A stretch of DNA of 64,000 nucleotides. Source: an uncultured Clostridia bacterium (GTDB lineage Bacteria > Bacillota > Clostridia > Christensenellales > UBA1242). Each line of letters opens with the position of its first letter. Position 1 is the first letter of the stretch. The notes under the pieces were generated by a model. The model saw only the letters and a list, made by a program, of their open reading frames with translations. It searched no databases and had not been told where the DNA came from. The stretch covers positions 77,743-141,742 of the forward strand of contig CAKVHF010000003.1 in NCBI GenBank assembly GCA_934748015.1, read 5' to 3'. Below are positions 16,622-25,402 of this stretch, in pieces. The translations under genes were made by a program, and so were the position numbers.

Positions 16622-19039
16622 ATGTTAGACAAGAAATACAATTTTACAGAAAAAGAAGCAAAGTGGCAAAACTACTGGTTTGACAATGATATTTACAAAT
16701 TTGACGAATCAGGAAGTAAACAAATATACTCTATAGATACCCCACCACCTACCGTTAATGGTAAGATACATATGGGGCACTTATCCTCTTATATGCACAT
16801 TGAGACTATTGCAAGACATCACAGAATGTTGGGTGAAAATGTATACTTTCCATTCGGTTTTGACGACAACGGTCTTCCAACCGAGAGATATGTAGAGAAG
16901 ATTATTAAGAAGAGAGCATACGAGTTGCCTAGGCAGACATTTATCAACATATGTCTAGACGAAACTAAGAAGTTGGAAGAAGAGTTCTTCAACCTATACA
17001 AGTCTGCTGGATTTAGTTGTAACTTAAAAGAGCATTATAGTTCTATCTCTCCAAGAACTCAGAAGATTAGCCAACACTCCTTTATCGAATTATATAAGAA
17101 AGGCAAAATCTATCACACTGAAGCACCTGCTCTATGGTGTACAGAGTGTCAGACTGCTTGTGCTCAGTCAGAACTAGAGGATAAGGAACTAGATAGTACA
17201 TTCAACTATCTTAAGTTCTACATTGCAGGAACTAACGAATATGTTACTGTTGCAACTACTAGACCAGAGATGCTATGTGGTGTTGTATGCGTATTTATTA
17301 ACCCAAAAGACGAGAAAAACAAGCATTTGCTAGAAAAGAAGTTGATTGTTCCATATTTCAATTTCGAAGTAAGTGTATTGACTGACGAATTGGTTGATCT
17401 AGAGAAGGGTTCTGGCGTAGTTATGTGCTGTACCTTTGGTGATAATGTAGATAAGGAATGGCAAAGAAAACATAATTTACCTATCAAAGAGTGCTTTACA
17501 AGTGACGGAAAGATGACTGCACTAGCAAAAGAATTTGCTGGCATGTCAATTGTTGATTGCAGAAAAGCAGTTATCGAAAAATTGAAAGAAAACGACCTAT
17601 TAATCAAGCAAGAAAACATCTCTCACGCAGTATCTACACATGACAGATGTGGCACACCTATTGAGATCGCTGTTAAGAAACAATGGTTTATAGATGTATT
17701 GTCTCACAAAGACGAATTGTACAAGGCAGGAATGGAGTGCAACTGGCACCCTAAGGCTATGCGTGCAAGATATCTTAACTGGGTTGAGAACCTATCTTGG
17801 AACTGGTGCATATCTAGACAGAGATTTTTTGGAATTCCTTTCCCTGTATGGTTCTGTAAAGATTGTGGCAAGCCAAAACTAGCTGAGATCGAAGATCTGC
17901 CAGTAGATCCACTAAGAGATAAGCCAAAGACTGCTTGCGAATGCGGATGCACAGAGTTTGTCGGCGAGACAGATGTTATGGATACTTGGGCAACCAGCAG
18001 TCTAACACCTCAGATCTCCACTGACATGTTTACTGGCAAAGGACTAGATGACAGCATGGTTCCTATGAACTTAAGACCAAACGCACACGATAATATCCGT
18101 GTATGGGACTTCTATACAATTGTTAAGAGCCTATATCACTTCAACAAACTTCCTTGGAAAGATCTAATGATCTCTGGTTATGTAACAAGTTCGGATGGTT
18201 CAAAATTGGCTAAATCTAAGGCAAATAGTTCTAACTCTCCTCAAGAGATTATCAAAAATTATTCTGCCGATGTAACTAGATATTGGGCTAACAACATGAC
18301 ACTAGGCAAAGACACTGCATTCTCCCTAACAGAATTTGATAACGGCAAAAAGTTGGTTAACAAATTGTGGAATGCTAGCAAGTTCGTTCTAAGTTTCTTA
18401 GAGGATTACAATCCTAGAGAAGTTGAACTAGAGATAATGGATAAATGGTTACTAGACAAATACAAAGACATCTATAGCAGATTTATCAAATATCTATCCA
18501 GATACGAGATTGCCCTAGGACTAAACGAACTAGAGAAGTTCTTCTGGTCATTCTGCGATAACTATGTAGAATTGGTTAAACGTAGACTATATAATCCAGA
18601 TATTTATGGCGAAAAGGCATGCGAGTCCGCTAAGTATACATGTTATCATGTACTGCTAGGCATACTTAAGATGTTCGCTCCAGTACTACCTCATATCACC
18701 GAAGAAATATATATGTCTTACTATGCTGAAAAAGAGAATTGCAAGTCTATACACATCTCTGGATATCACGATCTAGGTCATCATGTTGACAAAGATCTAA
18801 TTGAGAAAGGCGACAAAGTACTAGACATTGTAACCATGGTTAGACAATTCAAGTCTGAGAACAAAGTATCTCTTAAGACATTTATCGAGGATATCACTAT
18901 CACATCCAATATCAACGATTTCCTAAAGTTGGCTGAGGTAGATATCAAGGCTGTATCTTCAGCACTTGCTATCAAATATATTGACGGAGACGGATTTGAT
19001 GTTAAGGTTGGCAAAGTAGTAGAAGAGGCAACTGAGTAA
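16622..19039 (+). CDS. valS: Valine--tRNA ligase (~805 aa, no long C-terminal coiled coil)
   Basis: Motifs present are PPPTVNGKIHMGH (HIGH), WCTECQTACAQSE, the editing motifs TTRPEMLCG and GSGVVMCCTFGD, and KLAKS in place of KMSKS. ATG 16622 follows GGAGGAAAC. Confidence 0.85.
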   Translation: MLDKKYNFTEKEAKWQNYWFDNDIYKFDESGSKQIYSIDTPPPTVNGKIHMGHLSSYMHIETIARHHRMLGENVYFPFGFDDNGLPTERYVEKIIKKRAYELPRQTFINICLDETKKLEEEFFNLYKSAGFSCNLKEHYSSISPRTQKISQHSFIELYKKGKIYHTEAPALWCTECQTACAQSELEDKELDSTFNYLKFYIAGTNEYVTVATTRPEMLCGVVCVFINPKDEKNKHLLEKKLIVPYFNFEVSVLTDELVDLEKGSGVVMCCTFGDNVDKEWQRKHNLPIKECFTSDGKMTALAKEFAGMSIVDCRKAVIEKLKENDLLIKQENISHAVSTHDRCGTPIEIAVKKQWFIDVLSHKDELYKAGMECNWHPKAMRARYLNWVENLSWNWCISRQRFFGIPFPVWFCKDCGKPKLAEIEDLPVDPLRDKPKTACECGCTEFVGETDVMDTWATSSLTPQISTDMFTGKGLDDSMVPMNLRPNAHDNIRVWDFYTIVKSLYHFNKLPWKDLMISGYVTSSDGSKLAKSKANSSNSPQEIIKNYSADVTRYWANNMTLGKDTAFSLTEFDNGKKLVNKLWNASKFVLSFLEDYNPREVELEIMDKWLLDKYKDIYSRFIKYLSRYEIALGLNELEKFFWSFCDNYVELVKRRLYNPDIYGEKACESAKYTCYHVLLGILKMFAPVLPHITEEIYMSYYAEKENCKSIHISGYHDLGHHVDKDLIEKGDKVLDIVTMVRQFKSENKVSLKTFIEDITITSNINDFLKLAEVDIKAVSSALAIKYIDGDGFDVKVGKVVEEATE

Positions 19040-19054
19040 CAAAAACAATAAATA

Positions 19055-19089
19055 TGGCATATTAGTTATTCTAATATGTCATTTTTTTG
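19055..19089 (+). terminator. Terminator of valS
   Basis: TGGCATATTAG (19055-19065) pairs with CTAATATGTCA (19071-19081), including one G-U pair. TTTTTTT follows. Confidence 0.8.
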
Positions 19090-19186
19090 AAAAAAATAGT
19101 AAAAACATATTAAAAATAGTTTACAAATTGCTAATTGTAATATACACTTAGTACGTTTAAAAAATTTTTGTGTCCTAGGAGATAGT

Positions 19187-19741
19187 ATGGAAGAAAAACC
19201 AAGATACATCAAATGCCCAAGATGTGAGTTGAATTACATCCTAAGCAACCAAGATTATTGTGAAGTCTGCAAGCAAGAAATGAAAGCAGGCTATCAAGAC
19301 GAAGAAGAAATGGATGAATTGATGATGGAAGAAGGATCAATCTGTCCAATCTGCAAAGTTAACTATATTACTGACGAGTCCAAAGGCATGTGTGATAGTT
19401 GTTACGAAGAAAATAGTACAATCTCTGACAACGATGACAATGTGGACTGGCGTAGTTTTGTTAACAAAGACACAACTGAAGATGAGGATCTAGATCTATT
19501 ACCTGTTGAGAACGATGACGAAATTGATGAAGAACTTGGCAATACTTTTGCTAAAGATCTAGACGAAGACTTTGCTGACAACTTTGATGACGAAGATGAT
19601 GACGAATATAGCGAGTCTGTAGATGATGATGACGACTTTGACGAAACAGACGATGTCGACTTCGATGACGAAGATGATGAGGATGAAGACTTCAATCAAG
19701 ATGATGACGATGATGACGACCCCCTATCCCGTAAGAGATAA
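19187..19741 (+). CDS. Double zinc-ribbon protein with hyperacidic C-terminal half (184 aa)
   Basis: Two Cys4 units are present: CPRC..CEVC and CPIC..CDSC. The C-terminal half reads DEDFADNFDDEDDDEYSESVDDDDDFDETDDVDFDDEDDEDEDFNQDDDDDDDPLSRKR. The start is preceded by AGGAGATAGT. Confidence 0.6.
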   Translation: MEEKPRYIKCPRCELNYILSNQDYCEVCKQEMKAGYQDEEEMDELMMEEGSICPICKVNYITDESKGMCDSCYEENSTISDNDDNVDWRSFVNKDTTEDEDLDLLPVENDDEIDEELGNTFAKDLDEDFADNFDDEDDDEYSESVDDDDDFDETDDVDFDDEDDEDEDFNQDDDDDDDPLSRKR

Positions 19742-19758
19742 TTAAATATTATAATTAA

Positions 19759-19798
19759 ATGACATAGTGAATATATTTTCATTATGTCATTTTTTTCT
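19759..19798 (+). terminator. Terminator after the acidic zinc-ribbon gene
   Basis: ATGACATAGTGAA (19760-19772) pairs with TTCATTATGTCAT (19779-19791), including one G-U pair. TTTTTTT follows. Confidence 0.8.
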
Positions 19799-19843
19799 GT
19801 CTATAACCATATCAGTTATATCCAAATTATTTGGCACTTAATT

Positions 19844-19873
19844 TTGGAGTGAGAGAATGTGGGGATATATAAT
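19844..19873 (+). promoter_or_regulatory. Sigma-A promoter TTGGAG-18-TATAAT for the fibre-like two-gene unit
   Basis: TTGGAG lies at 19844-19849 and TATAAT at 19868-19873, 35 nt upstream of ATG 19909. Confidence 0.6.
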
Positions 19874-19908
19874 ATAATTGCCACCAAGACAGCAAAGGGA
19901 GATAAATC

Positions 19909-20259
19909 ATGTCTACAACTCTGACATCAGCCAAGAATAGCCCACGGATTGATAATGGCGTTATTTATTGGCACGAAGGAGATACTTTTGCGTTGCAGTT
20001 GGATATTACTCTTAGTGACGGAACTAATAACATAACTCTAACAGATGGTAAAACAATATTGGTTAACATTTATCACCAAGACATATTGGTACACCAATTT
20101 CAGTTCACGTCCTTCCCCAATAATAACCAAGTAGTACTTAACTTCAACGAGACAGTAACTAGAAAATTCCCTAAAGGTAAGTACAATTATAACATTGTAT
20201 ATATTGGCAACGATATAACAACAATTGTTGCTAACAACTTAATGGAGGTAGAAGACTAG
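19909..20259 (+). CDS. Small beta-rich protein (116 aa), possibly phage Ig-like or fibre-associated
   Basis: The start is preceded by AAAGGGAGATAAATC. The stop lies 2 nt before the next ATG, suggesting coupled translation. Alternating hydrophobic pattern: GDTFALQLDITLSDGTNNITLTDGKTILVNIY. Confidence 0.45.
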   Translation: MSTTLTSAKNSPRIDNGVIYWHEGDTFALQLDITLSDGTNNITLTDGKTILVNIYHQDILVHQFQFTSFPNNNQVVLNFNETVTRKFPKGKYNYNIVYIGNDITTIVANNLMEVED

Positions 20260-20261
20260 AA

Positions 20262-21812
20262 ATGGCAAACGAAATCAATAACACAGTATCCCCAACTATA
20301 AGTGCAACCGTTAGTTCTACAATTATTAATTGTATCCCCAAAACTATTGCAGATCATATTGCTAACACTAGCAATCCCCATAATGTTACATGTTCCCAAA
20401 TAGGTGCTATGCCATATGACGCAAATATTGTATCAGATGCCAACTACACACATACTGATAACAATTTCAACAACACATACAAGGGTTCATTGGACTCACT
20501 GTCTACAACTTATGCAACTAACACTGCCCTAAGCGAATTGCAAACCCAAGTTAACTCAATGCAATCTAATGTATCTAGTATCACATCCATAGGCAGTAGC
20601 AATTCTAGCAACCTATCCACTATCCAAAGTGATGTAAGTGGCATTAAAACCAAAATTAGTAGTATTGAAAACAGCATAACCTCTGTATCTACGACATCTA
20701 GTAGTAATGCTGGCAAAATCACTACAATAGAAAATTCTATAGTCGAGCTGACTAATAGTATCAATAGTAACACAACCAACATTAGTAGTCTATCTAGTGG
20801 CAAAGTAGATAAGGTGGATGGCAAAGGGCTATCCACTGAGGACTTTACAACCGAACTAAAAACAAAATTAGTCGGACTTAACGCTAGCGGAACATCTGGT
20901 GGTGGTGGGATAACTATTGTACAAAAGAATTATCTATATAATCAGCAATTTAATATCAATCAGCGTAGCAAATCTTCATACCCTGTAGGAACAGCAAAAT
21001 CATATTGTCTAGATAGATGGCAGAAAGATCCAGATGTTGTAGTAACATACGCAAGTAAGCAAAATATTGCCACAGTCAGCAACATGAGTACCACAACTAT
21101 GGAAGGCATATGTCAATTTATTTTTGATCATTCCAACCTACTAGGCAAGCAAGTTACTTTTTGCTTAAAAACATCAACTGGCACATATACCCTAACCAGT
21201 GATGCACTGCCGACCGATCCAGAAACTACTAGTCAAAATACAATATTAAAGACGGTAAGCACTGACTTTGGTGCATTGCAGTTGGAATTTGCAACCAAGC
21301 ACTTCTGCATAAAAATATTACTTAACCCCGCAACTAGCGAAACAGAATATACGACTATTACACCAAAGAGTGCAAAATTGGAAGAAGGCACAGTATATAC
21401 GGGATTGACACTTAATACTAGGGTAATTGATAGTGACGAATGCAGACATTTCTATCAGAAACTATCTTGTCGTTCGGCATACGCAACTGGATTTATTGGC
21501 TATTACCCTACTAAGACTGAATACAATTTGATTTTTCCTCTGAATACCAACTTATATATGACATCTCTTACATTCGTCAAAGACTCTACAAGCAATAATC
21601 CAAAGATATACAAACTGAATGGCAAAACACTTACTTTGACAGACTATCGAACCTTTACTGCAAAGTATAAGGATGCCGATCGTACATTCCTACACATGTA
21701 TATTGATTATGCTGTTGATAACACTGAAATGTTGGGCGATAGTGCAAAAAAATTGGAGTTTTGCTTTGGACAACTGCCTGGATTTGCTGTAGATGCGGAA
21801 ATAACATCATAA
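20262..21812 (+). CDS. Phage tail-fibre-like protein (516 aa)
   Basis: SNPHNVTCSQIGA near the N-terminus. A long Ser/Thr/Asn heptad-like stalk (LSELQTQVNSMQSNVSSITSIG...IENSIVELTNSINSNTTNISSLS). Then GKVDKVDGKGLSTEDFTTELKTKL. A ~300-aa C-terminal globular region follows. These short motifs are the ones I associate with phage tail fibres, from memory and not from a search. Confidence 0.6.
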   Translation: MANEINNTVSPTISATVSSTIINCIPKTIADHIANTSNPHNVTCSQIGAMPYDANIVSDANYTHTDNNFNNTYKGSLDSLSTTYATNTALSELQTQVNSMQSNVSSITSIGSSNSSNLSTIQSDVSGIKTKISSIENSITSVSTTSSSNAGKITTIENSIVELTNSINSNTTNISSLSSGKVDKVDGKGLSTEDFTTELKTKLVGLNASGTSGGGGITIVQKNYLYNQQFNINQRSKSSYPVGTAKSYCLDRWQKDPDVVVTYASKQNIATVSNMSTTTMEGICQFIFDHSNLLGKQVTFCLKTSTGTYTLTSDALPTDPETTSQNTILKTVSTDFGALQLEFATKHFCIKILLNPATSETEYTTITPKSAKLEEGTVYTGLTLNTRVIDSDECRHFYQKLSCRSAYATGFIGYYPTKTEYNLIFPLNTNLYMTSLTFVKDSTSNNPKIYKLNGKTLTLTDYRTFTAKYKDADRTFLHMYIDYAVDNTEMLGDSAKKLEFCFGQLPGFAVDAEITS

Positions 21813-21882
21813 TAAAAAAATTTAAGCAAAATCATATAATAGCATTATTTGATAAGTAACAAAAAAATAAAAAATTAAATAG

Positions 21883-21941
21883 CAAAAAAAAACTAGTCGA
21901 CATTGATTATGCATAGATCAACGATCGACTAGTTTTTTTTT
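21883..21941. terminator. Bidirectional nested-hairpin terminator between convergent genes
   Basis: AACTAGTCGA (21891-21900) pairs with TCGACTAGTT (21925-21934), with an inner stem TTGAT/ATCAA. An A8 run lies on the left and a T9 run on the right. Confidence 0.8.
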
Positions 21942-21951
21942 ACAAATGTTT

Positions 21952-23391
21952 TTAACCAAACAATCCTTTGACAAAATCCAACAAAGGAAGTAATTTGTCA
22001 ATAAAATAATATCCCACTGCCATGCCTACTGTTGCTATAAAACTAATAATCAAAGTAACTCTACCCATTTTGCGTGGTTTAACAAAAATAAGTTGGCATA
22101 TTGCAAATATTATTGACAATAACCCTGCGCCAAGTGCACCCAAAATCACATACATTTGGTTGTTGGTTACATTAAGGAATCTATTGATGTATTCAAATAC
22201 AATATTAGGGTTGGCAATATCTTTCAGCAAATACATCTGGGCAACGACTACGCCTGTCGCAAGAACTGCAAGCGAAATAAATATTATTGACATTACGCCA
22301 GCAAACTTATTGTATTTCTCTTTATCTTTTTTCTTTTTCTTAGTATCATCTTGCTCTGCTACTGGATTGTCGTTATTAGCATTCAGCCCAATAACATCTT
22401 TGTCATCAATAACTATAGGTTTAGTATCGGTTGCCTTATTCTCGCCTGACTCACCCAGATTGGTGTATGGTACATCCTCTGCCTTAACACTTGCGTACTC
22501 ATCCTCTTTTGGCACTTCAATCTTCTCTGGAGTTATTGCACCCAGTGCTACACCACTAGGTTCTTCCTGTGGTTTCTCCTCTGCTTTTTGCTCTTCGGTA
22601 GCCACACTGGATGTATCTTCCGCCAAATTATCCTTAGGTTCTTCCACAGTTGGCTTAATAAGGTCATCTGCAGTGTTATCCACTGCGGTGTTATCTGTCG
22701 TATTATTGTCATCTTGGATGTCAGACTCCTTAATATAGCCCAAGTTAACATCGGTGTCTAGATTAATCTCATCAGATGTATCCTCGTTCTCGAATTCTGG
22801 AACGAAAAATCCATCATCTTGATCATCATTTTGCTCGGCACTTTCGCCCTGAATATCAGATTCAACTTCGGCACTTGTATCAACGGTAGTTTTATCTTCT
22901 GGCTCGTTATCTTTGGGTAATTCAAATGTTTCTGGACTCTCTTCTGGGGCAACTTCAGCCACATCATCGCTAGCATTATCTTCTTCTGCAATTGTCGCAT
23001 TTCCGCTAACAACCGTATTGTTTTGTTCCCAGTCCTCAGGGATAGCAAAATCATTGGCTCGTTCCTTCTCTTTAGCCGACTTTTCGTCCTCTTTAGCCTT
23101 CTCATAAAATGCGTTTAGGTCAAAATCTTCGGAAGAGTCATCCTCTTTGGCAAAAGTAATCTCCTTGGAGTACAGATCTGCAATCTCTTCGTCCTTGTTG
23201 GATACCTTATTAAATTTAGCAGGCTCTTCCTTGTCAACCATTTCTTCTCGTTTAGTCTTCAAAGCACTGGCAAGCGAAGAAATATTAGACATAGCACGTC
23301 TAAGTTCTGCATCTCTATCAACAATTGTACCACATACTCCACAGCGAGTACTATTCTTTGGGATCTCGCTACCACATACACTACATTTCAT
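21952..23391 (-). CDS. Zinc-ribbon protein with a ~330-aa acidic disordered region and C-terminal TM helices
   Basis: N-terminus MKCSVCGSEIPKNSTRCGVCG. A long D/E/T/N-rich low-complexity middle follows. Three hydrophobic helices lie at the C-terminus: FAGVMSIIFISLAVLATGVVVA, VILGALGAGLLSIIFAICQLIFV, VTLIISFIATVGMAVGYYFI. Confidence 0.55.
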   Translation of the reverse strand: MKCSVCGSEIPKNSTRCGVCGTIVDRDAELRRAMSNISSLASALKTKREEMVDKEEPAKFNKVSNKDEEIADLYSKEITFAKEDDSSEDFDLNAFYEKAKEDEKSAKEKERANDFAIPEDWEQNNTVVSGNATIAEEDNASDDVAEVAPEESPETFELPKDNEPEDKTTVDTSAEVESDIQGESAEQNDDQDDGFFVPEFENEDTSDEINLDTDVNLGYIKESDIQDDNNTTDNTAVDNTADDLIKPTVEEPKDNLAEDTSSVATEEQKAEEKPQEEPSGVALGAITPEKIEVPKEDEYASVKAEDVPYTNLGESGENKATDTKPIVIDDKDVIGLNANNDNPVAEQDDTKKKKKDKEKYNKFAGVMSIIFISLAVLATGVVVAQMYLLKDIANPNIVFEYINRFLNVTNNQMYVILGALGAGLLSIIFAICQLIFVKPRKMGRVTLIISFIATVGMAVGYYFIDKLLPLLDFVKGLFG

Positions 23392-23579
23392 TACGCTTTT
23401 CTCACTTTTCGTTTAGCATACTTATACTTAGTATAAAGTATAACAAATATACAAACTACTTGTAAAACAAAAAGGTGCTATTTAATAATTTCAAAAAACA
23501 CCAAACTGTTGTCATCTTTTTTTTATTTAGTCACGACAAATTTTATATAATATCGTGCAAATTTCATAGTCGCTTGCCC

Positions 23580-24155
23580 CTATTGTTTTACCCTTTTAGG
23601 AGATTTCTTAAACAAAGCGACTATCACAGTTGTTGTGATACTAAATATGGCCAAGGTGCAGATATAAGTTACAAAATTAAATATATTTAACTTCGCAAAA
23701 TCTATTTCCTCAAGCCAAAAATACCACTCAATCAACATTATTGTTAATGAAGAAATGTAAATATAAAACAACTGCAAATACATTTTGCCGGAATATAGGA
23801 TACATGGCAAAATTGTTAAAACGATAGTTGTCCAAATGCTATAGTCTATTGACAGAAAAATATTATTTCGAACAAGCATCAAGTATGCACCCGCTATAAC
23901 AAATTGCATTGCAGTAATTGCAAAAAAATTAAATAATGAAACTTGGCTAGCTAAAACCATCAAAGCTACGATAATTGAAGCAACAAAAGGGATGTTGATT
24001 ACAATTCCCTCTCCTATCTTGCAATCACCAAAAAATAGGCTACTGATTAGCCCAAGGCAAATAGCAATTATTGCAAAATCAATTGTTTTGTTACGCAGTC
24101 CAAACACACATATATATACAATGCAAAGTGTTAAAAAAATAATACAAAAAGGCAT
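23580..24155 (-). CDS. Polytopic membrane protein (191 aa)
   Basis: Five to six hydrophobic helices are present. I recognise no motif. Confidence 0.45.
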   Translation of the reverse strand: MPFCIIFLTLCIVYICVFGLRNKTIDFAIIAICLGLISSLFFGDCKIGEGIVINIPFVASIIVALMVLASQVSLFNFFAITAMQFVIAGAYLMLVRNNIFLSIDYSIWTTIVLTILPCILYSGKMYLQLFYIYISSLTIMLIEWYFWLEEIDFAKLNIFNFVTYICTLAIFSITTTVIVALFKKSPKRVKQ

Positions 24156-24213
24156 TATTAGAAATCTCCTATTTGTATTATTATGTTTGAAAAATTTATA
24201 ATTATGTATAGAT

Positions 24214-24702
24214 TTATTTCAACTTGCCAGTGACATCCATGCCAGAATTAACATCATTCTTGAAATCTTCTAGAAAGTCAATGAAGTGTGTCAGATCCGC
24301 AAACTTACGATACACGCTAGCAAATCTAACATAAGCAACATCATCTAATATTTTTAATCTCTCCATAACCATTTCGCCCAACTGCTTAGAAGTGATCTCT
24401 TGGTCAAGATTGTTCTGGATATGTTTATATATATCGCTTACTACAATATCTATCTGCGCCATACTAATTGGTCTTTTCTCGCAAGCACGCAATATTCCCC
24501 TCTTTAATTTGTTAGAATCAAATGCTTGTCTTGTTCCATCACTCTTAACAACCAAAATAGGCATTGTCTCAATGGCCTCAAAAGTAGTAAATCTCTTGCC
24601 ACACTCTAAGCATTCTCTACGCCGTCTTATTGAATTACTTTCGTCATTATTCCTGCTATCTAGAACCTTGCTCTCGGCTTTACCACAAAAAGGACATTTC
24701 AT
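24214..24702 (-). CDS. nrdR: Transcriptional repressor NrdR
   Basis: MKCPFCG...RRRECLECGKRFTTFE is a zinc ribbon. An ATP-cone follows (VVKSDGTRQAFDSNKLKRGI). Confidence 0.92.
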   Translation of the reverse strand: MKCPFCGKAESKVLDSRNNDESNSIRRRRECLECGKRFTTFEAIETMPILVVKSDGTRQAFDSNKLKRGILRACEKRPISMAQIDIVVSDIYKHIQNNLDQEITSKQLGEMVMERLKILDDVAYVRFASVYRKFADLTHFIDFLEDFKNDVNSGMDVTGKLK

Positions 24703-24875
24703 CTCTAGTACCCACTCCTTATAGATATATTAACAACTAGTAAGTAAATTGTAACAAAATTTGGCAATTTTGTAAATGTATATAGCCTATATTTTTAACA
24801 AAATGCTAATTGGTGAAAGCAAGATTGTATTAGGCTTAGTACTTTTTGCTAACTTAATTGCATATATTATATAAA

Positions 24876-24882
24876 TGTCGAA
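24876..24882 (+). promoter_or_regulatory. Perfect Spo0A box TGTCGAA upstream of ylmC/ymxH
   Basis: AAATGTCGAAAT lies 54 nt upstream of ATG 24936. It is a single site and no clear sigma-A hexamers accompany it. Confidence 0.35.
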
Positions 24883-24935
24883 ATATGTTATTATATGGCG
24901 AAAAATGTTAAAAACAATCCTTTGAAAGGTGGCTT

Positions 24936-25271
24936 ATGGAGATATCTTTCTGCGAACTGCGTGCCAAAGAAGTTGTAAATGTATTCAATGGCAAAAAATT
25001 AGGAAATATTATTGATATGATTATTGACACTAGATGTGCCAGAGTCTTGGGCATCGTTGTGCCTAATTGTGATGCAAAGTTTACTATATTTAAGTCCTCT
25101 TCTGATGTATTTATCCCATACAACAATATTGTTAAGATTGGCAAGGATGTTATACTGGTTGATCTTAGTCAGATAAGCACATTATCCAATAACAAAGGCA
25201 AATCGGATAATATAGCGACTATTTCTGCCTCAACTGAAGGCAAACAAGCAAATGATCAGACGGATAACTAA
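24936..25271 (+). CDS. ylmC: YlmC/YmxH-family sporulation protein (PRC-barrel) with C-terminal extension
   Basis: MEISFCELRAKEVVNVFNGKKLGNIIDMIIDTRCARVLGIVVP...IPYNNIVKIGKDVILVDL. Confidence 0.8.
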   Translation: MEISFCELRAKEVVNVFNGKKLGNIIDMIIDTRCARVLGIVVPNCDAKFTIFKSSSDVFIPYNNIVKIGKDVILVDLSQISTLSNNKGKSDNIATISASTEGKQANDQTDN

Positions 25272-25284
25272 GACTATGCGGATA

Positions 25285-25402
25285 AGCAAAAAAAATATAC
25301 AATCTATGCTACAATTTGACAATAAGTCAAATTGCAGAGTTGCTAACATAAGTTAGCAACCGCCTTAGCTTAAGGCGACATAGATTGTATATTTTTTTTG
25401 CT
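25285..25402. repeat. Perfect nested palindrome: 23/24-bp terminal inverted repeats enclosing three perfect hairpins
   Basis: The arms are GCAAAAAAAATATACAATCTATG (25286-25308) and CATAGATTGTATATTTTTTTTGC (25379-25401). Inner hairpins lie at 25312-25334 (9 bp), 25339-25360 (9 bp) and 25361-25377 (7 bp). There are no mismatches. Confidence 0.9.

Noticed and set aside
19909-21812. Interpreting the fibre-like genes as part of a prophage.
   Set aside because: No integrase, repressor, capsid, portal, terminase, tape-measure, baseplate or lysis genes occur anywhere in the 64 kb. Both flanks are core genes, each with its own terminator. I treat the pair as an orphan or domesticated unit.
22022-22738. 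Long antisense or alternative-frame ORFs: 22022-22738, 2416-2790, 47656-48213, 47802-48146, 49727-50224, 17218-17619, 58351-58812 and many shorter ones.
   Set aside because: All lie entirely inside well-supported genes on the opposite strand or in another frame, mostly over low-complexity tracts. They have Ser/Leu-rich nonsense-like composition and lack an RBS.
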